This document shows positions 16,982-26,880 of a DNA stretch of 64,000 nucleotides, piece by piece. Made by a program: the position numbers and the translations under genes. Source of the DNA: Actinomycetes bacterium. Lineage in GTDB: Bacteria; Actinomycetota; Acidimicrobiia; Acidimicrobiales; Bog-793. How positions within the stretch are numbered: position 1 is the stretch's first letter; every line of letters begins with the position of its first letter. Location of the stretch: NCBI GenBank assembly GCA_021798745.1, contig JAJZBW010000001.1:1188-65187 (forward strand), given 5' to 3'. The notes beneath the pieces were generated by a model, which was not told the origin of the DNA, searched no databases, and saw nothing but the letters and a program-made list of their open reading frames with translations.

Positions 16982-18190
16982 TCAGATCGACCACAGGGCT
17001 TCCGTCGGCGAGAGGCGCGCGGCCCGGAGCGCCGGGAGGAGCCCCGCGACCGCGCCGATCACGAGCGCCGCTCCGAGCCCTCCGCCCCAGGCGAGAGGCG
17101 GGACGACGATCGTCCATCTCTTCGTCGAGGCGTACACGGCCGTCGAGACCGTGCCGAGGACCACCCCCGTCGCGCCGCCGAGGAGGGAGAGCAGGACCGC
17201 CTCCGCGAGGAACTGGGTCCGGATGTGGCTCTTCGTCGCGCCGAGCGCGCGCCGCAGCCCGATCTCCGAGCGCCGTTCGAGCACGGAGATCACCATGATG
17301 TTCGCGACACCGACGGCCCCGACGAGCAGAGCGACGCCTCCGAGCCCGAGGAACAGCCCGTTGAGAGCGGCCTGCGCGTCGGCTTCCGCGACGAGGGCGG
17401 ACGAGGGCTGGGACACGTTGACCTGGTTCGGAGCTTCCGGGTTCGCGGTCGCCCCGAGGACCGCGTCGACCGCGTCGACCTCGCTCGTCGCGGCGCGGAC
17501 GTAGATCTCGGACGGGTGCCCGTCGAACCCGAGGTAGGTCTCCGCGGCGGGGAACCCGACGAGCACGGAGCTGTCGATCTCCGGGGTGAGGGGCGCGGGG
17601 TTCAGGATCCCCGTTACGTAGAACCACATGTTCCCGAGCCAGATCCTCTCTCCCGGGAAGACCCGGTCTATTCCGAGCCGCTGCGCCGCGGCAGCGCCGA
17701 GGACCGCGACGGGCTCGGTCGCCGTCGCGGGGTTCAGGTAGCGCCCGGAGGCGAGGGACGTCCCGACGTCCGACGGGAGGGCGAGGCTCGAGGCGGCCAC
17801 GCTGAGGGCGTTCGTGTCGATGCTCGGCACGAGCGGGCTCCTGTAGACGTTCACGTTGCCCACCGCACCCGTGTACTGGACCTCGGTCACGGGCCCGATC
17901 CGGCCGATCATCCCGGGCGCGGCGACCGGGAGTTCCGCGGGCTGACCGAACAGGCTCTCGCCGTTCGTGACCGTGAGGAGGTTCGTCCCGAGCCGGTTGA
18001 TCTCGGCGAGAAGGCCCGCCTCCGACGAGGAGGAGAGACCGAGGACGGCGACGATCGCCGCGACCCCGATCGCGATCCCGAGAGCGGAGAGCCCGGCCCG
18101 GAGCTTGCGGGTCCGGAGCCCGACGACCGCGACCCTCCAGAGGTCGCCCGGAGCGAGGGCGCCCGCGGAGGGCGACGCCTTCCCCGTCAC
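16982..18190 (-). CDS. ABC transporter permease, FtsX/MacB type
   Basis: It has an N-terminal TM, a large extracytoplasmic domain and a C-terminal FtsX region (ERRSEIGLRRALGATKSHI). A GTGA overlap joins it to the ATPase. Confidence 0.9.
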   Translation of the reverse strand: MTGKASPSAGALAPGDLWRVAVVGLRTRKLRAGLSALGIAIGVAAIVAVLGLSSSSEAGLLAEINRLGTNLLTVTNGESLFGQPAELPVAAPGMIGRIGPVTEVQYTGAVGNVNVYRSPLVPSIDTNALSVAASSLALPSDVGTSLASGRYLNPATATEPVAVLGAAAAQRLGIDRVFPGERIWLGNMWFYVTGILNPAPLTPEIDSSVLVGFPAAETYLGFDGHPSEIYVRAATSEVDAVDAVLGATANPEAPNQVNVSQPSSALVAEADAQAALNGLFLGLGGVALLVGAVGVANIMVISVLERRSEIGLRRALGATKSHIRTQFLAEAVLLSLLGGATGVVLGTVSTAVYASTKRWTIVVPPLAWGGGLGAALVIGAVAGLLPALRAARLSPTEALWSI

Positions 18191-18978
18191 CCGGTCACCG
18201 CGTCCCCGCGGTCCCCGTCCGCTCCCCGGGGCGGGGCGGGCGCCCCGCGGACAGGACCTGCCGCGCCGGCGGGCGGACCTCCGGCCGAGGACCTGTCCTC
18301 GACGACCCTGCCGTCCAGGACCTGCACCTGGCGCGGCAGCCGGTCGGCGATGGCCCGCTCGTGGGTGATCACGACGATCGTCGCCCCGCCGTCGTGGAGC
18401 TCCTCGAGGAGCGAGAGGATCGCCTGGCTGTTCGCGCTGTCGAGGTTCCCGGTCGGCTCGTCGGCGAGCACGATCGCGGGCCTCCCGACGAGGGCGCGGG
18501 CGATGGCGACGCGCTGCCGCTCCCCGCCCGACAGCTGGGTCGGCCGCGCGGAGCCACGGTGGCCGAGCCCGACGCGCGTGAGCGCCGCGGCCGCGGCGTC
18601 CCGACGCTCCGCGAGCGCGACGCCCGCGTAGAGGAGCCCGTCGGCGACGTTGTCGAGGGCTCGCTCGTGCTCCGCGAGGAAGAACTGCTGGAACACGAAC
18701 CCGATCCGGGTCGCCCGGAGCGCCGAGAGCTCACGGTCCGACATGTCTGCGACGTCGAGCCCCGTCACGCGCACGGAGCCGGTCGTCGGCCTGTCGAGCG
18801 TCCCCATGAGGTGGAGGAGCGTCGTCTTCCCCGATCCCGACGGGCCCACTATCGCGACGAGCTCGCCCTCGCCGACGACGAAGCTCACGCCCCGGAGCGC
18901 CTCGACGGGCGGCTCGCTCGGATAGGTCTTGGTCACGGACTGGACCTCGAGGACGGGCGTCGCCACGGTCGCGCTCAC
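18187..18978 (-). CDS. ABC transporter ATP-binding protein (MacB/LolD-like)
   Basis: Walker A is GPSGSGKTT, the signature is LSGGERQRVAIARAL and Walker B is VLADEPT. A GTGA overlap joins it to the adaptor stop. Confidence 0.92.
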   Translation of the reverse strand: MSATVATPVLEVQSVTKTYPSEPPVEALRGVSFVVGEGELVAIVGPSGSGKTTLLHLMGTLDRPTTGSVRVTGLDVADMSDRELSALRATRIGFVFQQFFLAEHERALDNVADGLLYAGVALAERRDAAAAALTRVGLGHRGSARPTQLSGGERQRVAIARALVGRPAIVLADEPTGNLDSANSQAILSLLEELHDGGATIVVITHERAIADRLPRQVQVLDGRVVEDRSSAGGPPAGAAGPVRGAPAPPRGADGDRGDAVTG

Positions 18979-20966
18979 GTGCCTGGCGTCACGACGCGGT
19001 CCCCCGCGGCGATCCCCGAGCCGGAGACCTGCACGAGCCCGTCCGCGTCGTCGAACAGCCCGAGAGAGACCGCGGCGAGATGATGCACACCATGTGATAT
19101 GAGCTCGAGAGCGTACCCTCCGTCGGCGAGCGCGAGGAGCGCGTCGACGGGGACCACCAGGACGTCCGAGACCGTCGCGGTCGTGATCGAGACGTTCACG
19201 GGCGCCTGGTCGAGGCCCGCGGTCGCGCGCAGGTGCGTCGGGGCGACGAGCACCGTGATCGTCGGCGAGGAGCTCCCGCCCCCCGCGGAGCTGCTCGGCA
19301 CCGTCGCGACCGTCCCGACCGAGGTCACGGTCCCGGGCGTCGTCGAGTTGTCCGGGAGCGTGATCGTCACGGGGTCGCCGACCTTCACGTCGGACTGGAG
19401 GGACGCGTCGAGCCCGATCGTCACGACGAGCGACGTCGACGTCGCCGTCAGGATCGCGAGGCCGGGGGTGGCAGCGACCCCGTCGGCGGCCGACACGGAG
19501 GCGACGGCGATCGGCCCCGGCTCGACGACCACGTCTCCGAGCGCGACGATCCCGGTCGGCGGCGCGCCGGTGGACCGCTGCCACGCCTCGACCGCCGCCT
19601 TCGTCGAGGGGCCGAAGTGGCCGTTCGGGACCAGTCCCCGTCCGAACCCGAGAGCGACGAGGTTCCTCTGGAGCTGCGCGACGTCGGCGCCGTCTCCGAC
19701 TCCCTCGGAGAGAGCGCGGTACGGGGTGACGGACCCGTAGAGGAGCGGAACCTCTCGGCCGTCGAGCCCGTACACGGCGCCGCCGCGGCGGACGACCTGG
19801 CCGGCGGTCGGCAGGGCGGTCACGCGCGCCCCGGGGTTCACCGCCTGCTCGGCGTCCGCCGCGAACGTGCTCTGCGCCACGCGGAGGGCGCTCTCGTCCC
19901 CTGCGAGGGTCTGCGCGTCCTGCGCGACCGCCGCCCCCGACCCCGCACGGTCCGCGGCGACCGAGTCGCTCGCGACCGCCAGCGCCTCGGTGTCCGCTGC
20001 GACGACGACCGCCTCCGCCGTGCACGACGACGTCGGGATCTGGAACGTCTGGATCGCACCCGTCGCGGTCCCTCCCGCGTTCGTCGCGACGAGGGTGAAG
20101 TCGTACGTCGTTCCCGGGACGAGACCGGTCACGGTCGCGCCGACGGGCACCGATGTCGCGCCCGATCCCGCGCTCTCGACGGTCGTGCTGCCTCCGTACG
20201 CCGCGCTCACGCCGTACTCGAACCTGTAGCTTGTGTCCGACCCGTTCGGATCGACGCTGCCCGAGAGGGAGACGCTCTCCGACGCGCTCACCGCCGCGGA
20301 CCCCGTCGTGACCGTCGGACGCAGCGGGGTCGGCACGGTGCTCGCCCCCGGGACGACCCTCCGTACGTGCGCCGCGGCGCCCGCGGCGCCGGATCCCGCG
20401 TTCCCGGCGCCTGCCCCGGTCCCGGTCCCGGTCCCCGTCCCCGTCCCCGTCCCCGTCCCCGTGGCCGTCGTGACCGTCGCGGCGGAGGAGGACGGGCAGC
20501 CGAGCCGCTCGTCCGTCGCGAGCTGCGTGTTGGCCTGCGAGAGAGCCGTCGTGTCGGCGCTCTCGGCCGCGAGCGCTCCGAGAATCGTCGCGGCGTCCTG
20601 GGCTCGTCCTGTCGCCCGCGCGCGCCCGAGGGCGGCCGTGTCGGCAGCGACCTTCGCGCGGTCGGCCTGGAGCGCCGTCCGGTCCGCGGCCATCGTGGCG
20701 GCGGAGGTGCCCGTCGGGAGCGACACCGAGTAGCTCCCCTCGTATCCGAGGGTCGCGCTCACCTCCGTCTCGGAGGAGAGGTTCTGTCGCGTGACGGTCG
20801 CCGTCGACGTCGGGTACGCGTTGTCGAGGGCGCTCCCCGGTGCTCCCGTCGAGGCGAACGGGTCGGTCGCGGCGAGCGCGGCCCCCGCTGCGGCGACGAC
20901 GGCCACGCCCGCCGCGGCGAGGCGTCGACGGCGCGTGCCGAGCAGGCGCGCCGCGTGCGGGCTCAC
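18975..20966 (-). CDS. Membrane-anchored periplasmic-adaptor-like protein (HlyD/MacA-like) with a peptidoglycan-binding domain and an inserted FN3-like domain
   Basis: It starts VSPHAARLLGTRRRRLAAAGVAVVAAAG (TM anchor). Ala-rich coiled-coil arms flank a (TG)n linker and an FN3-like segment (VDPNGSDTSYRFEYGVSAAYGG...GTTYDF). The PG_binding_1 motif is GADVAQLQRNLVALGF...GPSTKAAVEAWQ. A C-terminal beta-barrel region follows. Confidence 0.8.
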   Translation of the reverse strand: MSPHAARLLGTRRRRLAAAGVAVVAAAGAALAATDPFASTGAPGSALDNAYPTSTATVTRQNLSSETEVSATLGYEGSYSVSLPTGTSAATMAADRTALQADRAKVAADTAALGRARATGRAQDAATILGALAAESADTTALSQANTQLATDERLGCPSSSAATVTTATGTGTGTGTGTGTGTGAGAGNAGSGAAGAAAHVRRVVPGASTVPTPLRPTVTTGSAAVSASESVSLSGSVDPNGSDTSYRFEYGVSAAYGGSTTVESAGSGATSVPVGATVTGLVPGTTYDFTLVATNAGGTATGAIQTFQIPTSSCTAEAVVVAADTEALAVASDSVAADRAGSGAAVAQDAQTLAGDESALRVAQSTFAADAEQAVNPGARVTALPTAGQVVRRGGAVYGLDGREVPLLYGSVTPYRALSEGVGDGADVAQLQRNLVALGFGRGLVPNGHFGPSTKAAVEAWQRSTGAPPTGIVALGDVVVEPGPIAVASVSAADGVAATPGLAILTATSTSLVVTIGLDASLQSDVKVGDPVTITLPDNSTTPGTVTSVGTVATVPSSSAGGGSSSPTITVLVAPTHLRATAGLDQAPVNVSITTATVSDVLVVPVDALLALADGGYALELISHGVHHLAAVSLGLFDDADGLVQVSGSGIAAGDRVVTPGT
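20412..20464. repeat. Hexanucleotide tandem repeats (CCGGTC/CCCGTC units) encoding TGTGTGTGTGTGTGAGAG within the adaptor gene
   Basis: Read directly from the sequence. About 8 in-frame 6-nt units are present. Confidence 0.8.
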
Positions 20967-21610
20967 CCCCCGCCCTCGGCCTGCTTCGAGTAGGGGAGAC
21001 CCGCGGGGATGAGCGCCTCGCAGATCTGGCGCGCCCGGAGGAACGACGTCGAGCTCGGGCTCATCCCCGTCGGGATCGGGAAGCTCACCTGGCCGCCGTT
21101 GAAGACCGGGTCGGGGAAGCCGACGATCCCGTGGGACCGCATGCACGCCGCCGCCTTCAAGTAGTCCGCCTGCTGCGCCGGCGTGATGGTCGCGGCGTGC
21201 GCGCCGCCGCCCGCAGGGAGGTACTTGCGGCACTCGCCCTGCGCGGACACGAAGGACTTCGAGCCGGGGTCGACGCCGCTGCCCGGAGCGATCTTGATCC
21301 CGACGCCCTTCCCGTTGCTCGAGATCGTGGGCTGCGGGAAGCCGGGCACCCCGTGCGAGCGCATGCAGGCGGCGAACCTGAGCACGTCTGAGTAGACGGC
21401 GCCCGGGCTCCCCGCGGGCGCGGGAGCCCCGCTCGGTGCGGGAGCGGTCGTCGAGGTCGTCGTGGAGCCGAGGCTCGCGACGCCGGCGGACGGGCTGCCC
21501 CCGCACGCGGCCGCGAAGGCGACGACGCCCGTCAGGGCCGCCCCGACCGCGAGACGCCGCGCCGCGCTCCGGGGAGGCCGCTCCTTTCCTGCATGCTCAG
21601 TGACCGTCAC
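20963..21610 (-). CDS. Secreted lipoprotein with duplicated C-x-RSHG-x-x-FP-x-P module (copy 2; paralog of 1965..2567)
   Basis: It has a lipobox (LTGVVAFAAAC) and repeats ACMRSHGVPGFPQP and ACMRSHGIVGFPDP, each followed by a second Cys. The GTG start at 21610 is tentative. The stop overlaps the adaptor start (GTGA). Confidence 0.75.
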   Translation of the reverse strand: MTVTEHAGKERPPRSAARRLAVGAALTGVVAFAAACGGSPSAGVASLGSTTTSTTAPAPSGAPAPAGSPGAVYSDVLRFAACMRSHGVPGFPQPTISSNGKGVGIKIAPGSGVDPGSKSFVSAQGECRKYLPAGGGAHAATITPAQQADYLKAAACMRSHGIVGFPDPVFNGGQVSFPIPTGMSPSSTSFLRARQICEALIPAGLPYSKQAEGGG

Positions 21611-21941
21611 CGTCGTACCGTCCCCACCATCCGACCGCGGCCGGAGAGCTCGCACTGGTCGCCAACTAGATACGGAGTATCCTACTCGAGCGCCGCCTCC
21701 CGCGCCGACGCCGTCCCTTCGCGTGACAGAAGTACCCGGACGGGGGTAACAGGGGCCTAACAGGCGCGCCCGGGTGGACCGCGCCGGAGGTGCGTGCACG
21801 GGGCCGTCCGGCCGCCAGCGGCCGGGCCACCCGCCCGTGACGCCGCGCACCGCGACCGGGTCCCTACACTTCACGGCGTCTGGGGCGCCGGGCCCCGGAT
21901 CCGCCCGGGGAGGCGGGCGCGCTCGGGAGGTCGTCGGGAGA

Positions 21942-23063
21942 ATGGGACAGCGCGGCCGGCTCCCGATGCCCGAGCGCCGCCGGCCTCCGGTCGCCGTGCT
22001 CGCCCGGCGCTGGGCGGTGCTCGTCGCAGTCGTCGTCGTGGTGGTCGTCGGAGTCCGGGTCGCGACCGGCGGCCGTGCGCCGGCGCGCGCCACGACCCGT
22101 GCGGCGGGGGCCGGCACGTCCGCCCCGCGTCCGCGCCCTGCGGCCGGGCACCTCGTGGTCTCTCTCGCACCGTGGCGGCTCGGCGCACCGGTGTCCCGTT
22201 CGGCGGTCGTCCCGTACGGGTCGGACTTCCTCGTCCTCGGCGGGCTCGCGACGGGCGACACCTCGACGGCCGACGTGTGGAAGGTGGACCCGGCGCGCGG
22301 GACCGCGACGCTCGTCGGGTCGCTCCCCTCCGCCGTGCACGACGCGGCCGGTGGGTTCCTCTCCGGGCGCGCCGTCGTGTTCGGGGGGGGATCCTTCTCG
22401 ACGGTCGCGGCGGTGCAGGCGTGGTCGCCGAGCTCGGGGACCGCCTCGGTCCCGGGCGCGCTCCCGGCGCCACGCTCGGACCTGTCGGCCGCGGTGCTCG
22501 GCGGGACGGCGTACGTGCTCGGCGGGTACGACGGGACGTCGCTCTCCCCGACGATCCTCGCGACCTCCGACGGGGTCCACTTCCGCACCGTGGGTCGTCT
22601 CGTGCAGCCCGTCCGATACGCCGCGGTCGCCGCGGTCGGCGGATCGGTGCTCGTCGTGGGAGGGGACCTCGGGGCCGGCACGGCGAGCGCCGCGAGCAGG
22701 CAGACCAGCGAGATCCAGCGCTTCGACCCGCGCACGGGCAGGACCACCGTCGTCGGCCACCTGCCCGTCGTCCTCGGGGACGCCTTCGCGGTCGCGCTCG
22801 GGGGCGAGCTGTACGTGCTCGGCGGGCGGACCGGGAACGTGCTGTCCCGTGCGATGTGGCGCGTCGACCCGGCGACCGGAGCGGTGTCTCCCGCGGGGAC
22901 GCTCACGTACCCGAGGAGCGACGCGGGGGTCGTCGTCGTCGCAGGTCGCGCCTACGTCGTCGGCGGCGAGACGACCGGGCCCCTCGCCCCGCTCGACTCG
23001 GTGCTCGAGGTCCGGCTCGCGACCGGACGGCCGCGGACCGCGACGCGTGGGACCGCCGCCTGA
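21942..23063 (+). CDS. Membrane-anchored Kelch-repeat protein
   Basis: The start MGQRGRLPMPERRR is followed by a TM (WAVLVAVVVVVVVG). Repeated Kelch-like blades follow (LVLGG, AVVFGGG, AYVLGGYDG, VLVVGG, LYVLGGR, AYVVGG). Confidence 0.8.
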   Translation: MGQRGRLPMPERRRPPVAVLARRWAVLVAVVVVVVVGVRVATGGRAPARATTRAAGAGTSAPRPRPAAGHLVVSLAPWRLGAPVSRSAVVPYGSDFLVLGGLATGDTSTADVWKVDPARGTATLVGSLPSAVHDAAGGFLSGRAVVFGGGSFSTVAAVQAWSPSSGTASVPGALPAPRSDLSAAVLGGTAYVLGGYDGTSLSPTILATSDGVHFRTVGRLVQPVRYAAVAAVGGSVLVVGGDLGAGTASAASRQTSEIQRFDPRTGRTTVVGHLPVVLGDAFAVALGGELYVLGGRTGNVLSRAMWRVDPATGAVSPAGTLTYPRSDAGVVVVAGRAYVVGGETTGPLAPLDSVLEVRLATGRPRTATRGTAA

Positions 23064-23254
23064 ACGAGCCGCCCGCGTCGGCCTCGAGAAGGCCGCGCCC
23101 GTCCGGGGCGGACCCGGCCCGGAGACGCCGCCGACCGGCCCGGTCGAACCACGGCGGCAGAGATGGGCCCTCCGGCCGAGTCGTTCGCCCCTGTTGCGAT
23201 CGAGCCGCGCGCGGCATCGTGTCCCCAGATCGTTATCTACGAGAGGAGCACGAG

Positions 23255-23860
23255 ATGCGACGCAAGGTATTCGATCTCCTGGCAAGCGCAGTGGGGGCAG
23301 TGATCGTGGTGGTGCTTCTCGTCGCCGGGTCCTTGCTCTTGTGGGGCAACAGCTTCGCGACGTCGAACGTGCACAACCAGCTCGCGCAGCAGCAGATCTA
23401 CTTCCCGACCAAGGCGGCGTTCGCGCACGCGAAGCCCGGGACCGAGATCACGCCCTCGATGAAGCCGTACCTGTTGCAGTACGCGGGCCAGCAGCTCACG
23501 ACGGGCGCGCAGGCCGAGGCGTACGCGGACCACTTCATCGCGGTCCACCTGTCCGAGATGCCCTACGGCGGCGTCTACTCGAAGGTGAGCGCGGCATCGA
23601 TGGCGAACCCGAAGAACGCGGCGCTCGCGGCCGAGGTCCAGACGACCTTCCGCGGCACGACGCTCCGGGGTCTGCTGCTCGAGGCGTACGGGTTCTCGCA
23701 GTTCGCCGAGATCGCCCTCTGGGCAGCCGTCGCCTCGTTCATCCTCGCCGGTGTCATGGCGCTGCTCGTCGGCCTCGGGTTCTGGCACGCTCGCAAGGTG
23801 CCGGAGAGCGTCGAGCTTCTCGCCCATGCCGCGGCGCAGCGGGAGCTGACGACAGTCTGA
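23255..23860 (+). CDS. Hypothetical membrane protein (two TM segments flanking an extracytoplasmic domain)
   Basis: MRRKVFDLLASAVGAVIVVVLLVAGSLLLW is the first TM and AEIALWAAVASFILAGVMALLVGLGFW is the C-terminal TM. A GAGAGGAG RBS precedes the start. Confidence 0.75.
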   Translation: MRRKVFDLLASAVGAVIVVVLLVAGSLLLWGNSFATSNVHNQLAQQQIYFPTKAAFAHAKPGTEITPSMKPYLLQYAGQQLTTGAQAEAYADHFIAVHLSEMPYGGVYSKVSAASMANPKNAALAAEVQTTFRGTTLRGLLLEAYGFSQFAEIALWAAVASFILAGVMALLVGLGFWHARKVPESVELLAHAAAQRELTTV

Positions 23861-23894
23861 CCCCCACCAGGCTCGCCGGCTCCTGGCGAGACCG

Positions 23895-23926
23895 CTGCCC
23901 GGTCCGGAGGTCCTCGGGCCGGGCAG
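23895..23926. terminator. Hairpin between convergent genes (CTGCCCGG.CCG ... CGG.CCGGGCAG)
   Basis: An imperfect inverted repeat was read from the sequence between the stops at 23860 (+) and 23947 (-). Confidence 0.4.
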
Positions 23927-23946
23927 TGGCGCGTCCCGGACCGGGC

Positions 23947-25798
<1,852 letters not shown>

Positions 25799-25807
<9 letters not shown>

Positions 25808-25819
25808 ACCAGTCCCGAG
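25799..25819. promoter_or_regulatory. Candidate DosR-box-like site TTCGGCTAGACCAGTCCCGAG, upstream of the USP gene
   Basis: The right half, AGTCCCGA, matches the published DosR consensus TTSGGGACTWWAGTCCCSAA well. The left half matches only in TTCGG and carries one extra nt. The site lies 74-94 nt upstream of the USP start. Confidence 0.3.
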
Positions 25820-25892
25820 GGGCGAACAGGTCCGAAAGGCCCTACTGCCCTCCTCGGGGCGATGCGAACATCACGCGCGGAGGTGGTCCGCC

Positions 25893-26354
25893 GTGGACGT
25901 GGCAGCGAGACAGCGAGAGGGCAAGGGGCGCGCCGCGGGACCGGTCGTCGTCGGGGTCGACGGTTCGAAGGCGTCCGACGCGGCGCTCGAGTGGGCGGCG
26001 GAGGAGGCGCGCATGCGCGGTGCGACCCTCCGGGTCGTGCACTCGTGGTCGCTCCCGACCTGGAGCTACTCCGCGTACCTCCCTCCCGTCGCGTTCGAGG
26101 AGGTGGAGCCCGCGGCCCGAGAGGACCTCGACCGCCAGGTCGCCCAGGTGCTCGGTCCGAGCCCGGACGTGCGCGTCGAGAAGGAGCTCCGCGAAGGACC
26201 GGCCGCCGAGCAGATCCTCGACGCGGCGGCGGACGCGGCACTCGTCGTCGTCGGCTCCCGTGGGCGCGGGGGATTCGCGGGCCTCCTGCTCGGATCGGTC
26301 AGCGCCCAGGTCGTGCAGCACGCGCACTGTCCCGTGACGATCGTCCGGACCTGA
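25893..26354 (+). CDS. Universal stress protein (UspA family)
   Basis: The motifs VVVGVDGSKASDAALEWAAEEA and the ATP-binding region VVGSRGRGGFAGLLLGSVSAQVVQHAHCPV are present. Confidence 0.9.
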   Translation: MDVAARQREGKGRAAGPVVVGVDGSKASDAALEWAAEEARMRGATLRVVHSWSLPTWSYSAYLPPVAFEEVEPAAREDLDRQVAQVLGPSPDVRVEKELREGPAAEQILDAAADAALVVVGSRGRGGFAGLLLGSVSAQVVQHAHCPVTIVRT

Positions 26355-26361
26355 GCGTCAC

Positions 26362-26847
26362 GTGGCGAGCGAGGGGGGTGGCCCGCACGTGTTCGTCCTC
26401 GACTCCGAGGTCGTCGACCAGGCGTTCGAGACGATCGTCGCGCGTGTGCGGACGGACGCGGACCTCCTTCTCGGCGGCGCTCTCGACTCGGCGCGCGCCG
26501 AGGGCGAGCGGCTCCGGGGGCGCGTCGGACCGCCGGGCTGGCCGGTCGCGTTCGCGAAGGAGGTCGAGATCGAGCGCGGCCCCGTCCGGGTCCTGCACGA
26601 CCACGTGCTCCTCGCCTTCTCCTGGACCGCGACCGCCGCCGCCTCGCTCTTCCCCCAGCTCGACGCGGACCTCGAGATCGCCCCGTACGGGCTCGCGCAG
26701 ACCGAGGTCCTCCTCCGCGCCCGGTACGAGCCGCCCGGCGGGACGATCGGGCGGGGGGTCGACCAGCTCCTCCTCCGGCGGGTCGCGGAGTCGACGCTCC
26801 GGGCGTTCCTCGCGCGGATCTGCGACCAGCTCAATCGGGATGCGTGA
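26362..26847 (+). CDS. Hypothetical protein (161 aa)
   Basis: The composition looks protein-like and the gene is tightly packed after the USP gene. It has a GTG start. I recognise no family. Confidence 0.55.
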   Translation: MASEGGGPHVFVLDSEVVDQAFETIVARVRTDADLLLGGALDSARAEGERLRGRVGPPGWPVAFAKEVEIERGPVRVLHDHVLLAFSWTATAAASLFPQLDADLEIAPYGLAQTEVLLRARYEPPGGTIGRGVDQLLLRRVAESTLRAFLARICDQLNRDA

Positions 26848-26880
26848 CGGTCCGTTAGGAGCGCCCGAGGAGGGCGACCG

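Noticed and set aside
20400-20470. Short tandem repeats considered as a possible CRISPR array. These are the (TG)n-coding hexamers, and also the GGCACCTCC x2 repeat at about 50461-50480.
   Set aside because: The units are 6-9 nt with no spacers and lie inside ORFs. No CRISPR-like repeat-spacer architecture exists anywhere in the window.
21611-22906. The N-terminal roughly 430 codons of the 647-aa ORF 20963..22906(-).
   Set aside because: Only the last 215 codons encode the lipoprotein (signal peptide plus Cys repeats). The upstream part is antisense to the well-supported Kelch-repeat gene and is compositionally junk.
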